DNA of 64,000 nt from Chlorokybus atmophyticus. Lineage: Eukaryota > Plantae > Mesostigma and Chlorokybus algae. Below the pieces are notes generated by a model. It had not been told where the DNA came from. It was given only the letters and a program-made list of their open reading frames with translations, and ran no database searches. Of this stretch, positions 57,724 through 64,000 are shown in pieces. The DNA is taken from the NCBI GenBank assembly GCA_009103225.1, contig RHPI01003488.1, positions 594,110 to 658,109 on the forward strand, in the 5' to 3' direction. Position 1 is the stretch's first letter, and every line of letters begins with the position of its first letter. The position numbers were made by a program, and so were the translations under genes.

Positions 57724-58916
57724 TAAGCGTATAAGCCATGATATCTTGTTGACATGTTGCGCATCATGTTGGTCACACATGCATCGCGTTGTTGTGGAGT
57801 GTTCCTGCTACCAGTGGGGTATGAACTAATATAAGTCATGACAGAAAAGGCATCCACAATGGTCCGCCATTAGCAAATGAGGTATCTTTACCACACCATA
57901 TCACTGTTCCAATTTTAATCACTGACTTCCAGATGTTATGCTGTGCAGTAACATGCGCACATAACCCACAACACCTTGCCCGCTCAAGCTGTGTGCCTCC
58001 CCCAAGAGTCTGCTTCCTCCACATGTGGTCGCGTTCATGTGAAAGCTCGTAACCATCATCTGTTCTCATGAACCAAGTTACAAAGGTTGGTTAGCAGTTT
58101 GCATGCCATACCTGACCGCGCGCGCCATACACATGACACACCAGATGGAGCGCAACTTTGCACATCAAAACGTTCATTGTGTCTCAACAACAACTTGCGT
58201 TGTGAGGCATCAATTAGCAGTTTGCATACCTGAGCAGGAGCACCGTACGCATGCTTGCAACTAACACGCACATATATCTTACGAATACAACATTATATAG
58301 CAGATACATTACATCATTGCACGTCAGAGCTTGCGCTGTGTCGTAAAGTTATAGTTATACTTGATTGCAAGCCACATGTGCATGCAAGTTAATCCTCGAA
58401 GATTGCAACATTTCATCTGCGTAGTAGATCACGGCGGTAGCTGCAAAGGCCTTCTTTGCAGGGCTGGCGAGCACGTTGGCAATGCTAGCAACGACAGCCA
58501 CTGACTTCGGCAAGTCCCAAGTACAAAACGCCAAGGGCATAAAGACGCAAGCCTAACTGCGGCAATGCACCAAGCGGTGACCACAACGAAAGCAATAGTG
58601 CCATCACCCATGACAATCCCATCATACGTGTGCCCATCATGGAGAGACACCNTCCCCTTCCTTTCTCCTCCGGAGTGGCTGCGCGCACGCGCACGCAAAT
58701 CGCATTCTTTGCACACAATTTGAACTGTTTGTGTGGTGCGGATAACATGCTCGAGACGCATATGGGACCTGAACTTGACGCACAAGGCGTGGGCCAAGCT
58801 TCGCAGCGACCCCTGTGCGTGTGCGTTTGTTGAATGCTAATCTTCCAATCTGATGCAGCTGGTGGCGTCACTGTAGTCTGATGAGATGCGGCCCGAGCGC
58901 AGCCGTTGGAGCGTAC

Positions 58917-59010
<94 letters not shown>

Positions 59011-60499
59011 NGTGACGATGACCACAGTGGTTGCAGAACCACCGAAGGCGCATATGCGTGTGGTGCGTGGGGGAACATGCGAGTGTGGGTGTGTATGAGT
59101 GCCTGCACAGACACACATGCGCACGCGCGTGCTTGCACAGTCTTTTCTTGCGGCGGAGCCAGTCGCAGAGAAGCGCTCGTGGGTGCAAGCATCTAGGGGA
59201 GCATGATAAGTACACGCACAATGAACATGTTGCTATGCAGTCACAGATGTTACGCACATGTTACACACACATGCACGGACAAGTACACGCAGGGCGGTGA
59301 TTGCTGACCCAGCCCAACGTTAAGGCTCCAAACAGCAAAGAGCCACGGGGTTTGGTCACAATGCCGATAACTGATACCCGCTGCTACCATTTATTATGCA
59401 CATCCGATCAAAAGGCCCCCAACTACGCCGTGAAGAGAGTAAAACACAAGTGTAGCAAAGTGAGGGAGAAAGGCGCCACCAAATCCCCTCAACACTTTGC
59501 TGTGCATCGTCCACATCGCAGGACTGCAAGATGTCGAGGTGGTAACGCTCTTGTCGTTTGCTTTTGGGTTGGCGTACACCCTCACATCAAGGCTGCATCC
59601 TGCGCTATAGCACTTGATGTCAAGACAACACGAGCAGGCTTGCATAGTAGGTACACCGCGATGAGTGATCGACTGTCAAACATACGCACTACTAACCACC
59701 GTTGACATTGCTTCCCCTGCTACTGTTGCAACATCTTGTGCGCTCCTGTGGCAAGTAAACAATGTTGTTGCAGATGCGATCGTCCTCCGCGTTCGCGACC
59801 TCGCGAGTCAGGTGCCCCGCCAGAGAGTACGAGGGGCTGGGGGACGTCAGCTGAGTGGTGTGTGCATGTGTCACAATATATGGTATCACTGAGAGAGGAG
59901 TTGAGTGATACAAGCGTGCGCGCGTGTGTGTATCAAGCAGCTCATTGGTGCACAAGTGACTTTTCCACCAGGTTGTGTACCACTCTGAGTGATTCACATA
60001 CATAACCGCACAGCTCATTCATGTACATCACCCCCACTCACGTCCAGGTTGAGGTAGACCGCTTTGGCTGTTCCAGCCGCCTGCGCCAGCTGCTTTTCCG
60101 GCGATGTGGCCACCGCGCCCAGTGAAGTAAGCTGCTCCAGCTGCTGCTGTTGCTATTGTTGTGGCGGGTGCATCGCGAACACGGGTGGCGCCAACGCCGA
60201 GGCTGGTAACAACAACGCAACAACATACACATGTTGGGTTGATACAAATGTCATATGCGCGCGCACGCACGCACACATACATGCACACTGACACGCGCAC
60301 GCACGCGCATGTGCATAGATTGAGTGGGACTTAATTATAGGCATCCCGAGAGCAGGCGGGGGGTAGAAGCTGCCCATGTTGTTGTTGTGTAGGAAGTGCG
60401 CGGCTGCAAGGGCCGTGGACGCGTACAGCTCACTATCATACACCTGCAAGCAGATTCATGTTAACAACCACATTTACACACATACACTCAAGTGGCATC

Positions 60500-63400
60500 T
60501 TCGATTGTCACACCAACAACACACACACCTTGGCTGCCAAGTTGTCGTACACGCGGTACGACTCGCTGCGGTGGTCCCGATGCGGCACAGACTCATGGTT
60601 ATTGTTCTCATCATCATCGTTGTCGTTGTCTCTTCTTCTTATATTTGTTGTTGTCACTTGTTGTTGCGATCGCCACGCAGCACCGGAACATCGCGGCGAG
60701 GACGGTCGAGAGGACGGCGAAGCGGGCAGCGAGGATGCCGTGCTTCCAGGGGAGAAAGAGGACCTGAGGAGAGAGAGTACGCGCGTATGCGCGTGCGTGC
60801 CCGTCAGTAATTGCAGGTTTGTTGTTGCTCACATGTCAGGTTTGAGATAGAATACCAGCAATCGGGTTGGGTGCCTATGTGTGTGCGGTTGGTTTCAGTC
60901 CTCACCGATGCCGACGCCACGGCATAGCACACACACTCACACAGGCACGATATCATGCAAGCACATGCACGCACGCATGGCATGTGTTAGCGATATGAAC
61001 TCGCCTTCGTGCAAATACGGGCACTCGCGCCAGTGCGCACATGCGTGGGTGCACACACATACATACCCGCAGCCGCCCGCACGCGCCCACCCACATCTCC
61101 CAACTCACTCACCCACTCCCCGCATACCCACCTGCATGAACTTGCAGTCCGAGCACGTGCCCGTGCCATTGCCCCTACTGCCTTTCCCCTTCCCAGGCGT
61201 CGTATCCACAGGGTACTGACAAAGGCCATGGCGTTGGTCTTGAACGCCACGGGGCTCGTGTCCGCCACGACGCCGCGCGAGTCGTACAGCACAACGACCT
61301 GGGGTGGGGGGATGTTGGTTGTTGCTGTTGGTGTGTGGGTGTGTGGGTGGTGTTGTCACTTTGGTACCTGTTTGTGCCTAGGTCGTCTTCGGTGTGGACG
61401 CTGCACGTGAGGTTGGCTCTCTGGCCCGCTGCTATGGACAACGTCTTGGCCTTTGTGGGTGTGTGGAGGTAAATTATGCGAGCGCGTGTGTGCGTTGGTA
61501 AGAGTGGGAAGGACGACGGAGGGACATAAACCTCAACTGCAAATGGGGACGTAATGCATGTAATTAGGAATCTCCCTTCGGGTCAGGCTGCAATAGTTAG
61601 TGACCGGCTACATGTTACAGTATACTACCACTTAACAATCACTGATACTTGTACGTATCAGCAGCAGTGCTGCAACAATGGTAGTGATACCATACCATCC
61701 TGATAGGAACTGACTGCCATGACAACCCTGGTAGTAGTAGAACTGACGTACTACTGCCACTGCTTCTGCCATCAGGAAAGAGATAATCCACACAGTACAC
61801 ACTGCCAGTGCTACCAGTAGCACTGGCAGCACTAGTATCACAAAACTTTCCTCCCCAACCTACTACCCAGTAGTAGTACACCCAGCACACAACCATCCCA
61901 TATCTCTCTCCTCCCTCCCCCTCACCTGCACCGGTGCAATCCCCACGGAGCGGTTGACCACCCCCACGGTGTAGTCGGCATCCACAGTCCCCGAGTTCTG
62001 ACACTCGGCGGTCAGGGTGCCGTCGCGCGAGAGGGAGGAGAAGGTCGGGGCGGATACGGAGAGGAGCTTGCTGGGAGATCTGGGACAGAGGGGGGGGGGG
62101 GGGNNNNNNNNNNNNNNNNNNNNNNNNNNNNNNNNNNNNNNNNNNNNNNNNNNNNNNNNNNNNNNNNNNNNNNNNNNNNNNNNNNNNNNGGGGGGGGGGG
62201 GAACTGAGACTGAGAGTGAGTCTCTCTTGCCGGTTGATAACGAAGCGGATGTCGTCTGCGTTGAGCTCGAGTTTTTAGAACGGACGTCTAGCTGCGTGGA
62301 GTTGTCGAGAAGGTAGAGGGGCTGCTGACCAGCGGGTGCGCTTGGCCATGTTAGCCTGAGGAGAAGGAGAGTGTGTAGTGCGTGTGCGCGCGCACACATG
62401 TGCATGTGTATGGGCACGCCGCCTCTGTGTGCATACGAGCGTGTGTATATGTTGTGGTAATACTCCCTTGCTGTTGACGGCTATCTGAAACGTTACCTCG
62501 TGGTATGAGAGAGTGCGAGTGTGTTGTTGCTGCATCAACACTTACTGGTAGGCTGGGAAGGAGGTGCCGATGTGGTTGCGTGCCGTCCATCGAGACTGCG
62601 TCTTGTCCACCACAAGCCACTGGTCCCTCCTCACATTCTTTGTGGGGGAACGCACACACGCACACACAAGCGACAACAAGTCACCACATCTGTTGCAGCC
62701 ACCTCACCAAGAGGAGCATTCATACACGCACGCATACCCAAGTTGTGAAGTGGGGTATGAGCAGGAGCTGCGACGTCATCACCCTCAAAGACTGCACACA
62801 CAATCACACGCACACACACACTCAGTCAACAACGCATAACCTCAAGACACCACATACAAAGTCTCCCTGCAGCTTCGCGAGCAGCGTGCGATTGGAGTCG
62901 ACGGCGACCGGCGTGGAGGGACTCAACACCAGAGACTCCTGCGTGACATGTTGGCATGTTGGGATGTTGGAGGTGTGTGGAAGAGTGACGGAGTGTGCGC
63001 GCGTGCTTGTATGTGTGTGTGTGGTATTGAGCACAACAAGCTGCAGGTACGACCACACTGAGAAGACCGAAACTTGGCCTTGCCGGTACTGACCCCCACA
63101 CAACATGCGTGCACACATTGTACCTGCATAGCAACGTGCACATGCACAGACGACCATCACACACGAAGGCAAAACACGTGCGCACGCGCGCACAGGTACC
63201 TTGACAACGATCGTCTTCAGCACATCAGCGGCAGAGGCAACACCGTCCTGGCTTCGGCGGCATGGAGGACCGCTTCCAATTGATCTTGGAGCCCTTCTCC
63301 GGCTTGTCGTACCCGTCGACGAAGCACAAGGATTGCTTGAATTGCTCGTGGACGACCCAACAGACCGAAGTCGCTGAGGGCGAAGCAGCCGCACACGCGT
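60500..63400 (-). pseudogene. HAP2: HAP2/GCS1 gamete fusogen, frameshifted and internally deleted
   Basis: LVLSPSTPVAVDSNRTLLAKLQGDF, QWLVVDKTQ(fs)SMDGT(fs)NHIGTSF, GQQPLYLLDN(fs)LELNADDIRFVINR|SPSKLLSV..TF..L..QNSGTVDADYTVGVVNRS.GI, VVLYDSRG...F.TNA. 5' exons and TM segment not located. Confidence 0.75.
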
Positions 63401-63769
63401 ATGCATGTACGCACTCACGTTTGCGCGTATATCTGTGCATACACACATGCGCACACACACACACGAGTGCTTGCATGCACACATGTGCATGCGTGTTTCT
63501 ATATATGTGTCTATGTATATGTGCATTTCGCCTTGTATAATGCTGGCACCGGCCTAGACCAAGTTACAAAGTGGTACAGCTGTTCTGTCTAACAACCGCC
63601 TCCTTCTCTGCTCAACCTCATCAGGACCCTCCCGTCCTCCCGCCGCCGCCGCCGCCGCCGTTCAGTCCTCCGCCACGTCTCTCTGCGGCCCTGTTCGCGC
63701 GAACCCCGGTTAACTGGTCGGGTTCTCTCTATGTCTATGGAGCTTGCGACCGCTAGACCAGACGAGACT

Positions 63770-63909
63770 CGGATGCACATCGACGGTCACTGAGAGTCGC
63801 AAAACTCCGTGCACGGAGCTGCTCGTTCACCTGGCGCCGTCGGATACACATCGACGGTCACTGGAAGTCGCACGATTGTGCACGGAGATGCTCGTGTGCT
63901 TGGCGCCGT
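63770..63909 (+). repeat. ~70-bp imperfect tandem duplication
   Basis: CGGAT(G/A)CACATCGACGGTCACTG..GTCGCA...GTGCACGGAG.TGCTCGT...TGGCGCCGT at 63770-63840 and 63841-63909. Confidence 0.85.
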
Positions 63910-64000
63910 GTGCTAGGTCAAGGAGCTCCGTGCCACGAGCAAGCATGGTCCGCCTGCCCCCCCCGTTAATGTGGGTTGGAAAATGCGTTTATGATCTTAT

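Noticed and set aside
58355-58650. Membrane transporter exon on the minus strand
   Set aside because: Hydrophobic fragments lie in two frames with no convincing family motif or gene structure.
60614-60832. HAP2 transmembrane helix (HGILAARFAVLSTVLAAMFRCC)
   Set aside because: An alternative frame gives a Ser/Pro-rich tail that runs to a splice donor; the correct frame cannot be determined.

Overview
Eukaryotic nuclear DNA from a green-lineage alga. SnRK2 intron positions match land-plant SnRK2s, which suggests an early streptophyte (inference). The window alternates short-intron host genes with transposon-rich blocks. In order: a chromodomain Ty3/Gypsy element (family A) nested in a second Gypsy family (B) (1-8252); a RING-H2/PHD gene; a truncated and an intact DNA polymerase eta, apparently from a tandem duplication resolved by reciprocal loss; ADAL/MAPDA; an F-box/WD40 gene; a Gypsy gag-protease relic; an unknown minus-strand gene carrying a TTAA-flanked piggyBac-type MITE; a large degenerate CACTA/EnSpm-like element (~34.7-46.2 kb); a full-length family A Gypsy (46200-54233); SnRK2; and an eroded HAP2/GCS1 gamete fusogen gene. 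The best candidate for an undescribed system is the CACTA-like element. Its TnpD-like transposase appears spliced to an NSD-type PHD-C5HCH reader, tandem SIMs and a Ulp1 SUMO protease. It is flanked by a Zn-finger/Tudor-linked phage-type C5 cytosine methyltransferase and an OTU deubiquitinase-CCCH-gag-like protein, which together look like a mobile chromatin/ubiquitin-editing toolkit. Family A Gypsy additionally shows an in-frame UGA-CGG gag/pol junction and a degenerate Dam-like domain before the protease. All domain calls come from motif recognition by eye. No database search was run, and exon boundaries are approximate.
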